Shown here: positions 26,852 to 39,751 of the stretch, piece after piece
How positions within the stretch are numbered: the stretch's first letter is position 1
Layout: each line of letters begins with the position of its first letter
Assembly: GCA_964016885.1 (NCBI GenBank)
Contig: OZ024744.1
Span: 88,350,001 to 88,414,000, forward strand
Source: Eledone cirrhosa
Taxonomy: Eukaryota
Reading direction: 5' to 3'
Length of the DNA: 64,000 nt
Notes under the pieces: generated by a model
What the model saw: the letters and a program-made list of their open reading frames with translations, nothing else
Told to the model about the DNA's origin: nothing
The model's database searches: none
Translations under genes and position numbers: made by a program

Positions 26852-27489
26852 AACATGGGAAGAAAGAGGTAAACTGCGTGGTTGCACATGGGTTACATAT
26901 TATAAAATTAGTCCCTCATCAGTGATTTGCCAACCAGCATTGGTATTTCATCGCATTAAAAATCATATACCTCAGGTTGGTGCGAGCAATAACTAAAATA
27001 AGCTATTGGGACAAGTGAATCGCGTAAAGCGAGTGAGACAAGTAAACAACTTAGAAGGAAAAGCAAACCGAAGGTAGGAAAAAAAGCAAGCAACATGATG
27101 GTTATCCGATCAGCATAAGCTGGGTGAATTTCATGAGCGGTCAGAAAACAGACCGTCCGACGTGAATGAGATGTGAGAAAGAAAGAATCCCACTACTAAT
27201 GAAAGGGAGGAAGTGAGAAGGGGAGAAACAGAGAGTGAGTGAGTGGAAGTGCGAGGAAGAGGTCAGTCGAGAGCAAGTGTTTACTGACAGAGGGGGTGAA
27301 AGAAGGTGAGAGAAACAGAGAGAACGGGGGAGCAGAAAGAAAGAAACAGACAATCGCAGTCGAGGTAAATATGTATGAAAAACATGGGAAGAAAGAGGTA
27401 AACTGCGTGGTTGCCCATGGGTTACATATCATATATATCATACATGGGTTACATATCATATATATACATATATATATATATATGATATG

Positions 27490-27521
<32 letters not shown>

Positions 27522-27522
27522 C

Positions 27523-27577
<55 letters not shown>

Positions 27578-27579
<2 letters not shown>

Positions 27580-27765
27580 ATTGATTGTACTTTAGGCACA
27601 AGGCCAGCAATTACCCAGTGTATTACTAGTACTTTATGTTATCGACCCCGTAAGAATGAAAGGCAAAGTCAACCTCGGCGGGATTTGAACTCAGATCGTA
27701 AAGGGACGTAACTATGCTGGAAAGCATGGCGTCCGACCCTCTACTGATACTGCCAATCCACAGCC
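27578..27765 (-). mobile_element. SINE family A
   Basis: Full reverse copy including the A-box end GATACTGCCAATCCAC. Confidence 0.85.
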
Positions 27766-27817
27766 CCATGTGTATATATATAATATAAGATCAAAAGATG
27801 GTCAAAAGAGTTCCAAG

Positions 27818-27888
27818 TATTTTATTATGCGCATTTCAAAATCAAATATCATCATGGGATGATATCTGTGTTTTCATCAGATAAAATA
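27818..27888 (-). ncRNA. Type I hammerhead ribozyme (Penelope pLTR)
   Basis: tattttat-CTGATGA-long stem II (gatatcatc ccat gatgatatt)-GAAA-tgcgca-TA^ataaaata; palindromic stem III ATGCGCAT. Confidence 0.78.
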
Positions 27889-29039
27889 GGGATACATGAT
27901 ATGAAGCTTAAAAAACACTTGTGAATAGTGAAGTTTTAAATCAATATATGAAAAATAATTTAAGATTGATGTATGAGATTTGGAAAAAGTGAGGGGGGTT
28001 GGAAAAGGTAAGGAAGAGGAGGAGATGAGAGTAAAGAATGGTGGGGGAGGAGTATAAGAAGGAAGGATGAGAGAGGAGGAGAGATGGGTGATAGAGAGAG
28101 AGAGATAGCCTTTACAACTGAGAAAAATATATATATTGTCTCACAGAGAGAAGTTAAAAAGCCGTTGGAAGATAATAGATAATTTAAAAGAATTTGAAAT
28201 TAAAGGTTAATGAGGTTTATGCATGAAGAGAAAAAGGGATTAAGAATAATATTAAATTAAGGTTTGTATATTGAAGGGTTTAATAATATGTGCGAGGAAA
28301 AGAAATTATTAATAAGTATTATTAAAATAAAATATTAATGTTATTAAGGATATAATGTAAAAAGAAGTAGAAGATTGAATAAGTTATGAATTTAGAGGAA
28401 TTAGTTAGTGTTCAAGTTTGTTTTTATGTAATGTAATATGTGCGTAATGTATGTACGTAAATAGTTTGTTTAAAAATGAGCGCAGAAAGCAAAGAAGAAA
28501 AGAATGTTTAAGGAAGAAAATATCTAACATCAAAAAATATATATGTTTACGAAATATTTTCTAATGGTAATATAATATATTAAAAGAAATTAGTTAGGGT
28601 TTAAGTTTGTTTTTATGTATTGTAATATTTAAAAGTCAAACGAGCATGTGAGGAGGAGATAAGGAATTTTAAGGAAGAAAAATCTAACGTAAAAAAAAAT
28701 ATTTATGTTTACGAAGGACTATTAAAGGTAATACTATAATGTATTAAAAACATAATAATAATGTTTATGGCCAATGATATGAAGAAAGATGGAAGAATGG
28801 ATAATGTTGTGGTGAGTAATAATAAGAATTGAGAAGTAGTTAGGAAGAAAAAGTACAGATTAGAGGTTAGAAATTAAAAAGAAAAGAGGAAGAAAGGAAA
28901 GTGATAAAGAGGAATGATATAGAATGAGTAACTTTATATATAATAAATAATATTGAAATAAGGTAGAAAGATGGGTATATTTTTAAAAGATATATAAGCC
29001 TTGGAGAAAAAGGATTTTAAACTAGTAAGGTGTTAGATA

Positions 29040-30326
29040 TTAGCTGTATACTTTATGGAATGTTCTGTGGAATTTATGCAAGCAGAGAGAAAATAAATCA
29101 GTGCGTCTATTTATTATAGAATTGAAATTAGATATAATGGTAAATTTCTTAGATAGGCAAAGATTACATGTTCTGGATAGGGAGGCATTCAAGTAGGGAG
29201 AGGCAGAACAAACTTTTCTCCAAGAGATGTTATAAATATTTTTGTCTTTCAATGACCATATGAGTTCTAAGAGTGCCGTGTTAGTTCTTTTAAGTTGGTA
29301 TTTAAAAGACGAATTGTGATTATAAAATCTAGCTTTGAAGGAGGTGGAAGTGGAACCGAAATAGGTAAAGGAATTGGTATCGGTTATAACCTTACATTCA
29401 TAAACTAAGTTGTTATCAAGACAATGGTTATTGAGAGGACATTTAGTTCTAACAGGGCAATTACAATTGCGATTAGAGAAATTAACAGGGTTATTAACAA
29501 GTGACCTAGTGTTATTTATAGGAGGAATTGGATTGGAGAAGTTATTTACGATAGGAATAATAGTTTCCTGATTTAGATTGGTATTATGAACATTCAATGA
29601 AATTACGTTTGACATCGTATTTGAGTTTGCAGAATCTAGCCTAGAGTTAACAATGACGTCGGGAGTACTACTGCTATTATTATGACGCTCAGTGTTGGAA
29701 GGATGTGATTTAATATTTAATATTTTATTGTTGTGTTTAGAGATAATATTAGAGATGTTGGAGGAGGTGGAATAGGAAAATGTTATTGTATGTTTGTTAA
29801 AGATTTTACTATAGATATGTGAGGGAGTGAAGCATTTATCTAAGGCCCTAAAGAATAGTTTAGGAATATTATTATTAATAGAAATAGAGAAAGGAGCATT
29901 ATACCAGATTATATTTTTGTATCTAGATCTTTCATTTAAGTTATTGGAATGATCATAATTAATTATTTTACTGTAAGACTTTCTAGGATTGGTTTCTTTA
30001 TTGTATTTAATTTTATCAGGATAACCGGCTTTAGAAAGCGCATTATTATAGTAATTGGCGTCAGCATCAAAGATATTTTTATTAGAGGATAGGTTTGATA
30101 TTTTTTTTCCAATATTACTGACTATAGCATTTTTAATGTTAGTGGGGTGGTTAGATTTAAAATTAACATAATTTAGATTCTCATTGTTTGTATGGTAAGG
30201 GTAATATAGCCCAGTGACAAGATTAAGGGATATATCCAAGAAGTTAGCTAGTTTGACGTTGTTATCAAATTCGATTTTAAGGTTATGTTGAGAAAATAAA
30301 TCAGTGTGTCTATTTATTATTATCAC
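29040..30326 (-). CDS. Penelope-like RT C-terminus + GIY-YIG endonuclease (truncated)
   Basis: NFLDISLNL, YVNFKSNHP, IIWYNAPFS, CNC...CPLNNHCL..NLVYEC, YFGSTSTSFKARFYNH, CNLCLSKK. Confidence 0.88.
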   Translation of the reverse strand: MIIINRHTDLFSQHNLKIEFDNNVKLANFLDISLNLVTGLYYPYHTNNENLNYVNFKSNHPTNIKNAIVSNIGKKISNLSSNKNIFDADANYYNNALSKAGYPDKIKYNKETNPRKSYSKIINYDHSNNLNERSRYKNIIWYNAPFSISINNNIPKLFFRALDKCFTPSHIYSKIFNKHTITFSYSTSSNISNIISKHNNKILNIKSHPSNTERHNNSSSTPDVIVNSRLDSANSNTMSNVISLNVHNTNLNQETIIPIVNNFSNPIPPINNTRSLVNNPVNFSNRNCNCPVRTKCPLNNHCLDNNLVYECKVITDTNSFTYFGSTSTSFKARFYNHNSSFKYQLKRTNTALLELIWSLKDKNIYNISWRKVCSASPYLNASLSRTCNLCLSKKFTIISNFNSIINRRTDLFSLCLHKFHRTFHKVYS

Positions 30327-30426
30327 TTTTTCCCCAAATCATACATCAATCTTAAATTATTGTTCATATGTTGATTTAAAACTTCACTATTCACAAGTGT
30401 TTTTTAAGCTTCATATCATGTATCCC

Positions 30427-30497
30427 TATTTTATCTGATGAAAACGCAGATATCATCCCATGATGATATTTGTTTTTGAAATGCGCATAATAAAATA
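30427..30497 (+). ncRNA. Type I hammerhead ribozyme (inverted pLTR copy)
   Basis: CTGATGA at 30435, GAAA at 30478, tgcgca, AUA cleavage at 30489, 8-bp stem I. Confidence 0.78.
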
Positions 30498-30635
30498 CTA
30501 AGAAACTCTTTTAACCATCTTTTGATCTTATATTATTTATACTCCAGTCCTACAAACTGTAAAGTGCTACTTATCCGATATTTGCATTGCTTTATTGTGC
30601 TACAATAAAACTCACCTCCTACATATGTATATAAA

Positions 30636-30720
<85 letters not shown>

Positions 30721-30726
<6 letters not shown>

Positions 30727-30965
30727 AAATTGCTGAGATCCATGGACGAGTACTCTGCACCGGTCTCTGTCCTACATCATCGCCGCCATGTCCTGCTACT
30801 CCAAGAGACCTGTGTCTGTCCTTAGGGCATCAAGATTGTCAATCTCGGTCTCCCTCTTCTAGTGTAGGGGCTCCCATAGGAGCACTGAGTGCAGTATCAA
30901 ATCTGAATATCGGTGAGGTGAGCATGTCCAGCTAATCTCAGTCTCCTCTGTGTTACTTTCGACCT
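30721..30965 (-). mobile_element. RTE-clade LINE 3' fragment
   Basis: Reverse homologue of 26466-26617, extended upstream (QRRLRLAGHAH-like). Confidence 0.7.
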
Positions 30966-31097
30966 GAGAGAGAGAGGCGGGGAGTTAACAAGGAATAATC
31001 TCTGAGATATGTGTGTATGTGTGTGACTGCGTGCGTTTACAAACACACACACACACACACATATATATGTGTGTGTGTGGGGGGGGGGGTATGCATG

Positions 31098-31130
<33 letters not shown>

Positions 31131-32263
31131 ATGTATGTATATACAACCATGTAGTCTTAATAAACCAGGATCGTTAACCCCAAATTCGTTCTAAAAGTTC
31201 AATAACTACTTGCTATGTATTTGAATACCATCTAAAAAGGCGTAGCAACGTTCTACGGTCAAGAATGCTAGAGAAGGAAGCGAGACGCTAATTGCTCATT
31301 GGTTGAAGATTAAAACATGCATCCTCCTTTTCCGGTAAATAATGGTATGGAACGAAGCTATATCGTGCGTAGTTTGTGATGAAATACATTATTCAATGAT
31401 GCAGGTGATGGAACGTCGTGTCTGACATACGCTTGTTATTCACAATCGTTAACGTTTACCTTTACGTGAGATAATTGCTATATTCTTTCATTTTTATGGT
31501 TTATTTTGTTTGTTTTGTTGATTCTTTTAAATGTTTTTTTTTAAGATGTTAAGCTGTGGTTTTAGCGTTAATTTGCCGAGGAGTCCTGCTACAAATCCGA
31601 TTGAACATGCCTCTTTCGTAAGGTATATTAACATATACGGTGCAAATGTATGTTTCATGCAAACTGGACTGATGTCTTTGATGCTTACATTAATGAATGT
31701 ATTTCTTTTTTTTTTCTGTCCTATCAGATTGATATGTTTGAATGTATAGAGTCTGAGAGATATATCTTATAAATCTTTAAATCATATTCATAAATGTATT
31801 TGTAAAAGAAATGTACATGTAATTATGTCAATGGCTCGATAGATGATCCTTTGATATGTATTTGTAAGGATTCGTTTATATTTAAACAAAAGTAAAAGGA
31901 TATGAGATGGCAAAGAGGAAAGAGAAAAATGCATAAAACAAGTATTATAATTTGACTAGGTATATATGTATATATATGTATATTTATGGCCGTGCGTGTG
32001 TAAATGTTTACGTGTATGTGTTAGCCGGCGCCTGAACTTTTTTTTTTGTTTTGCTGTTTTTTTTTTAGGAGTACTTTTTTGTATTTCATATAACTGTATG
32101 TTTGACTGTACTGTTGTTTAACTCACCTTGTTTGATTGTTTTAATGTGAGAGTGTGCGTATTTCGGTGTATAAGTATATACTTATTGTGTTTCTTTTAAG
32201 TGTACGCACGCACACACAGACATACATGCACACACACACACAGACACACACACATACACACAC

Positions 32264-32325
<62 letters not shown>

Positions 32326-32380
32326 TATGTATATGTGTATGTATATATATATATATATATATATAGTTTTAATATAGATG

Positions 32381-32431
32381 AGATTCCACAGGACTAGAAC
32401 TGTTTCATTCGTGAGAAATCATCAGGAATCT
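32381..32431 (-). ncRNA. Hammerhead motif with non-cleavable GUG triplet
   Basis: agattc-CTGATGA-tttctcacgaat-GAAA-cag ttctagtc ctg-TG-gaatct. Same family as 40316-40362, 38400-38520 and 60410-60520. Confidence 0.6.
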
Positions 32432-33157
32432 GACTGTCCAAGTAAATATGGTGGTATTTATATCTTTTCAGGTAGTAGGAGAGGGTGGGGAGTGGGATTG
32501 GTGGAGGTCATTGGTTAAAAGAAAAGGGGATTCATTAAAAGCTAATACTTTAAAGCTATAATTTATATTTAGAGTGACAAAGGCAGAAAGAATTCTATAA
32601 ACAAGTTCAACTTGTAGTGCCACTCCTTATTTTTAAGTTTCTCTTAAGCTAACAATGCCTATATTTCAGGTGTCTATAAGGTGGTTGGGGGTCAGTCATG
32701 GTTGATGGGTTTAAAGAAAAGGGAAATTCTTTAAAAGCTAATTCTTTAAGGCTTTACTTAGAGTGTAAATGTGTATATGTGTCTATGTGTGTATATATGT
32801 ATATATATGGATATATATGTGTATGTGTGTATGTGTGTATATATATATGTGCGTATATATGGATATATACGTACATGTGTATGCATATGTATATGTATAT
32901 TTATATATATATATATATATGTGTATATGTGTATATATATATGTATGTGTGTGTGCATATATACATATATGTGTGTGTGTGCGTGTGTGTGTGTATATAT
33001 ATATATATATACACACACACGCACACACACACATATATATATATATGCACACACATATATGTGTGTATATATATATATATACACACGAACACACACACAT
33101 ATATATATACATATACATATACATATATATATGTATGTATGTATATATATATATATG

Positions 33158-33236
<79 letters not shown>

Positions 33237-33409
33237 ATATATATATTTATAGTAATAATAATAAATTTGAAGACTAAAATCCAAAGTGGGCTCGATAAGG
33301 ATAAACATATATCAAATATATATGAACCGTAGAGCAAATATTTATTAAAATAACAAATTAAAGTTTAAGCAAAGAATCGCTGCTTTCAAACTTAACGGGT
33401 ATAGGTATA

Positions 33410-33448
<39 letters not shown>

Positions 33449-33889
33449 ATTTAAAGCGATGAAATACCAATGACGGTTGGAAGATCACTGATGAAGAATT
33501 ACATTTATACATATGTAACCCATATGCAACCACGCAGCACGCCATGTTTTCATATATATATATATAATTTCCTCCGCTGTGACCCGTCTCTTTCTTTCTT
33601 ACTGCTTCCCCTTTTCTCTGTATCTCTCACTTCCTTTTACCCCATCTAACAGTCACTCTCTCTGGTAGCCTCTTCCTCACATTTTCACTCAATCACTCTC
33701 TGCTAGTCCCTCTACTACTCCCTCTCCTACTTCCTCCCGTTTGACCTGTGCGAGATTCTCTCCCCACGCACACTTTGACCAGGTCGGATGGTCTTTAATC
33801 TCTCTCGTCTACGATTTCACAAAACTTATGTTCATCGATTTCAGGGACTTGACTCCTTCTTCCTCCCGTTTGACCACACCTCAAAGCCA

Positions 33890-34962
33890 ATTGGAAAAGA
33901 TATCTAGACGACTGCTTTATCCTATGGCAAGAAGACATGAACTCACTTACTACGTTTAAAAACATGATAAACAACATAGATAATAACATACAATTCACAA
34001 TGGAATCCAATCCTAAGGAATTAGCCTTCTTGGATATTCTCATCTCTGTAATAGACGGGAAATTAGATACAAATATATTCTATAAACCCACAGATTCCAA
34101 GCAATACCTCTTTTTCACATCAAGTCACCCAAAACATACAAAACTTAACATTCCTTACAATTTGGCCAAACGTATATGTACCATAGTATCAGATCCACCT
34201 AAACGGGAGCAAAGACTAAAGGAACTAAAAGACACCCTTATCTTAAGAGCCTTTCCACTTTAAATAATCAACAATGGAATAGACAGGGCAAAACACCTAA
34301 ATCCCCATCAACTTAACAATCCAAAACAGAAAACCACACTCAACACCCTGCCATATGTATCCAATTTCAACCCCAGAAATACCGAAATGTTTGATCACCT
34401 ACACAAAAACCTCCCCATCCTACTTAAAGATGTAAAAATGAAGTCTATTCTTGAAACACACAAGATCCTTAAAAGTAAAAGACAACCCAAATCACTTAAA
34501 CGCATTCTCACTGGACCAAATATACCCAAACCAATCCCCAACCCTACAGTTACCAAATGTGGTAGAACAAACTGTGGAACGTGCCTCAACCTCACTGAAG
34601 GACAAACATTTACATTCAAAGATGGCCAAACATTTACAGTAAAAAACAATTTCACCTGCAACTCGGAGAACTTGATTTACGCAATAACTTGCGGTGGGTG
34701 CAAACACAACTACATAGGACAGACGGGCACCTCATTACGCAAAAGAATGACCATCCACCGCCAACAAATCCGGGACGCTAACACAAGAAAAATCCCCTTG
34801 AGCAGCCATATTGCGAACTGCGCAGGAATGACACTACCCAACTTTAAAATCTTCCCCTTCTACAAGTGCTCAGATTCGTTCACACAGCAACAAAGAATAA
34901 ACAAAGAAAATCTATTCCTTAACAAATTTAAACCAAAACTAAACGGGTTATCACCCCAATAG
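33890..34962 (+). pseudogene. Penelope-like (Neptune-type) RT C-terminus + Cys-rich linker + GIY-YIG
   Basis: WKRYLDDCFILW (33892), FLDILI, YKPTDSKQYL..SSHP, KCGRTNCGTC, NLIYAITCGGCKHNYIGQTGTSLRKRMTIH, PKLN. One frameshift and a stop at 34261. Confidence 0.88.
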
Positions 34963-35536
34963 AATTGTCATAAAATATAAACACATACGCACGGAATCAC
35001 TACTATTAAAGACCAGAGACCAATTCTGTAGAATCAGGTTTATTCGTTGACAGACCATGCCTTTGTGTGACCAACACATCCATGTTAAACCCTGCACGTG
35101 CATACACATATATCTATATATATATGCGCACACAGAATTCACCACTGTCGGTTGCGGGGCCCAATCTACATGAAGAACTCAATGTGATCAGAATGACTTG
35201 TATTTTAATTTCACTGTCCCAACTTCTTATATTATGGAAAAAATATATGTGTATGTATGTATATATATATATATTTGGAGGCCATTTCTCTGTGTGTGGG
35301 TGTATGTATATGTATATGTGTGTGTGTGTGTATGTGTGTGCATGTGGATGTATGTATTGTGTGTGCGTGTGTGTGTGTATGTATGTGTGTATCTGGATGT
35401 ATGCGTATGTGTATATATAAATATATATGTGTGTGTGTGTATATATATGTGTGTGTATGTGTATATATATATATGTGTGTGTGTATGTTTGTATGTGTGT
35501 ATGTATATATATGTGTGTGTGTGTATGTATGTGTGG

Positions 35537-35640
<104 letters not shown>

Positions 35641-35671
35641 GTGTATCTGGATGTATGTGTATGTATATATA

Positions 35672-35718
<47 letters not shown>

Positions 35719-35949
35719 ATGTGTATAAGCACATTATTTACAGGTAATAACGACGGCCTATGCCTCCGTTAATTTATCGTGATATTTCGCTCCTAACAAC
35801 AGCCTTTCCTACCTCTGTTTCCTACCTCAACATATTATATTCTAAAGGGCTCAGGATCTCTTCCCCTTTGAGCACATTATTTACAGGGAATAACGACGGC
35901 CTATGCCTCCGTTAATTTATCGTGATATTTCTCTCCTAACAACAGCCTT

Positions 35950-36028
35950 ACACACGCTGATGAACCGAGACTACCATTTCTTTCAACAAATTTTCTGGTG
36001 AAACATATCTCTGGATTTGTACGTGTGT
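35950..36028 (+). ncRNA. Type I hammerhead ribozyme
   Basis: acacacg-CTGATGA-acc...ggt-GAAA-catatc tctg gatttg-TA^cgtgtgt; 7-bp stem I; GUA triplet, cleavage after 36021. Confidence 0.82.
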
Positions 36029-36495
36029 TATATAGTTATAGAGGTAAATACCTCTATAACTATATTTAATTTATATTTTTAATTATCGTGTCTATAGTCT
36101 GCCTTTCATAGGTTATAGATTCCATACACTGGTGGTTTTTTCCCTGTATTATTGATAACGCACTATATATCTCTCTCTGGTGTGTTACCTTCTCAACATA
36201 TTATATTCTAAAGGGCTCAGGATCTCTTCCCCTTTGAGCACATTATTTACAGGGAATAACGACGGCCTATGCCTCCGTTAATTTATCGTGATATTTCTCT
36301 CCTAACAACAGCCTTTCCTACCTCTGTTTGGTTGAGCACTCTTCTCTGAGTGGCTTTGGGCTGCCCTTTCTAGCAGTTCGTCTCTCAGAGGCCACTGGTT
36401 CACTGCCCTTAAACACGCTGTGACTTCTCTCTCCCACGTGTAGCTGGACAGTCAATTGTAAAATTCTCTTAGTGTTGTCTGAAATGTATAGCCTT

Positions 36496-36574
36496 ACACA
36501 CGCTGATGAACCGAGACTACCATTTCTTTCAACAAATTTTCTGGTGAAACATATCTCTGGATTTGTACGTGTGT
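36496..36574 (+). ncRNA. Type I hammerhead ribozyme (second identical copy)
   Basis: Same sequence as 35950-36028; cleavage after 36567. Confidence 0.82.
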
Positions 36575-36899
36575 TATATAGTTATAGAGGTATTTATTTA
36601 CGCTTTAATTTATATTTTTAATTATCGTGTCTATAGTCTGCCTTTCATAGGTTATAGATTCCATACACTGGTGGTTTTTTCCCTGTATTATTGATAACGC
36701 ACTATATATCTCTCTCTGGTGTGTTACCTTCTCAACATATTATATTCTAAAGGGCTCAGGATCTCTTTCCCTTTGAGCACATTATTTACAGGGAATAACG
36801 ACGGCCTATGCCTCCGTTAATTTATCGGTATATATATATATATATATTATAATAAAATATCAGGAGTCTGGACTAGTGTAAATCCTTGAAAGGTTTATT

Positions 36900-36957
36900 A
36901 TACTATGATAATTTCAATGAAGGGGTTCCGTATGAATCCGGTGATATCATCAGGTAT
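36900..36957 (-). ncRNA. Hammerhead motif (stem III mutated), family of 63747-63804
   Basis: atac-CTGATGA-tatcaccggattc...-GAAA-ttatca-TA^gtat. Confidence 0.55.
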
Positions 36958-37581
36958 GCGAAATATAATACATGAATGTAACAAATAAAATCCATGGGCG
37001 ACCGGCTAAAGTGGAAGATGCTAGATGGTCGGTCGTCCTCGGGTCTCAGATTTTCAGCCCCATGGATTTTATCTGTTACATTCATTTATTAAATTTCGAA
37101 TACCTGCTTCTCCGCGCACTGGGATTTTGTCGGCAGGGCTGCACCGTACAACTTCAAGAGGAAATACGATCTTTGCCTCATGGAGCTCTACCACATCATA
37201 ACTGCACCCCACGAGCTCATCAACAGCAGAACTGAAACAGATGGGTTAAAGATGAGGAGTGAAACCGTCTTAACATCCGGCAGGCGCTGCAAAATAACAC
37301 CCAGGAAACCTACCTTGCACACCAGACCCAGCCTCAAACGAGTCAGACAAACAGATGCGGAAAAACAAACGTCTCTAACTAAGCGTTGGTTACATGACCC
37401 TGTACGTATCGACAATGGTAAGGTTGTAGCCTCATTTTGTAGCGGATAAAAATTTGTCCGGGAAAGACTGCCCTAACACCGGCCAGAGTTACCTCCCTTG
37501 ACCTGCTGCAAAATCAAAACAAGCTATTTTTGCGAGCAATGAACCTTGACGAGAATTTAAGGAATACTTTTGGTTATTTAT

Positions 37582-37621
37582 GCCCTTGAGAAGCCCAACT
37601 GGGCGAAACGTACGTAGGTGC
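37582..37621 (+). ncRNA. Minimal hammerhead with U3-A8 core
   Basis: gccc-TTGAGAA-gccc aact gggc-GAAA-cgtacg-TA^ggtgc; perfect stem II, palindromic stem III ACGTACGT. Confidence 0.72.
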
Positions 37622-38349
37622 TGTTTTAAATAAACATGTTTTAACGGTCTATTCTCCGATTTCTTACTTTCCCACATATCATCATTCATCATCATTTCAT
37701 TTTACGTCCGCTTTTCCCTGCTTGCAAGTGTGGACCGGAACTGATTCTGGCTTGATTTCTAACACCAACTCATTTACAGTGAGTGCTGGGTGCTTTTTTT
37801 GCCGTGGCACCTCCACAACCACTTTGCAGTGGAATGATATGGACCCCCAGTCCCTATCATCTCATTTCTACAGCTGAGTAAACTGGAACAATGTGAAATA
37901 AAGTGTCTTGCTCAAGGAAACAACACATCACCTGGTCTGAGAATTGAACTCACAACCTTTCGATTGCAAGGCCAATGCTCTAACCACTAAGCCATGTGCT
38001 TCCACATGGCTTAGAGGTTAGTTATATATATATACAGTAGTTGGAAATAACAAGTAAACAAACAAACGCAGGCGTAAATCGTGCATGGTATTATTAGCTT
38101 CACCCTTGATGAGAGTAGGGTGTGTGTGTATATAAATGTTACACACACACATACACAAACACATACACACACACAGGCACACACACACACACACAAATAT
38201 ATATATATATATATATATATAAATTTAATCTGTGTTTTTGGAATATCAATAATAACATTCGATTCGTTTGCAATTATGCAAACAAGCCTTATTTTTAAAA
38301 CCATGTCAGTAAAATGAACCCTTCATTCTAGCTTTTGTGTTGGCATGTA

Positions 38350-38400
<51 letters not shown>

Positions 38401-39036
38401 GTTATTCCGGGTTGAATCGGAGGTAATCACAGTAAGTAAGGTACTCAATACATTGCAGAGTATAACAGTTTTAATATAGATGAGATTCTACAGTTCTAGT
38501 CCTGTAGAATCTCATCTATATATATATTTATTTATTTATTTATTTACGCTTACGTAAATGTGTTTTTGTATTTCTGTTCATGTAGAGAGATGTGTGTGTG
38601 TATGTGTGTGGATGTGTGGTTCTGAGTATGTCTATATGTGTTTATGTCTGATTACATTCACAACACCAATTCTAAATTGTTGAAAATTGCATATGAAACA
38701 GAATGTGTAAAAACAAAACAGGACAAATTTTTAAACTATTTAAAATACAAAAGTTGAATAAAATAAATAAATAAATAAATAGTAAGTGCTATTTCACTTG
38801 TAGTCATATAAACGACTAAAAATGACCCGCACTGTCATTTAGAAGGGGTTATGTTTAGACGTATGTTCAACTCTGAGCGTGAGACAATTTAAACAGACTC
38901 TCCATTCTAACTAAACACACGCCAGTAAACGTCAACTAAATAACATAATACAAACACACACACACACACACACACGCGCACATACATATTTATATATATA
39001 CATATATTTATATATATATATATACATATATACATG

Positions 39037-39081
<45 letters not shown>

Positions 39082-39083
39082 GC

Positions 39084-39175
<92 letters not shown>

Positions 39176-39177
39176 TG

Positions 39178-39250
<73 letters not shown>

Positions 39251-39642
39251 CATATATATCTATATATACATATATATATATATGCATATATGTATGTGTA
39301 TATATATATATGTGTGTGTATGTATATATATATATATATATACATATATATACATATATATATATATATAAACACATACCTATACACATATATATATATA
39401 TACATATATATCCTTATATAAAATAAATCCAAGCCAACCACAGTCTGGCAGAGAAAGGTGGATTTAAGCAGTGTTTATCGGAACAGCAGGAATAGGCACA
39501 GACTTGATATAAGCAAGAATAAGCCAATCTGTTCCACTTAACATTCTCGGATTTCTGTCAAGAAATGAATTGGATGGAGGAGCGAACACGCGGTAGTTTA
39601 GGGTACAATTAAATATATACACACACACACACACATACACAC

Positions 39643-39675
<33 letters not shown>

Positions 39676-39704
39676 TATTCATACATATATATATATATAT
39701 ATAC

Positions 39705-39751
<47 letters not shown>

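Larger units (their letters stand above)
27780..30620 (-). mobile_element. 5'-truncated Penelope-like element with inverted pseudo-LTRs
   Basis: 27780-27992 and 30324-30535 are about 210-bp inverted copies, each with a hammerhead, enclosing an RT-thumb/GIY-YIG ORF on the minus strand. Confidence 0.88.
35728..36827 (+). repeat. Non-coding tandem array, 546-bp period, each unit carrying a hammerhead (retrozyme-like)
   Basis: 35944-36288 is repeated near-identically at 36490-36827 apart from the 140+ bp unit segment and local changes; partial units at 35728-35948; no ORF in the track. Confidence 0.85.

Noticed and set aside
31290-31625. Possible host promoter or first exons (ATTGG, TTCCGG, AG..GTAAGG)
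   Set aside because: Short motifs expected by chance; no recognisable coding sequence. Needs transcript data.
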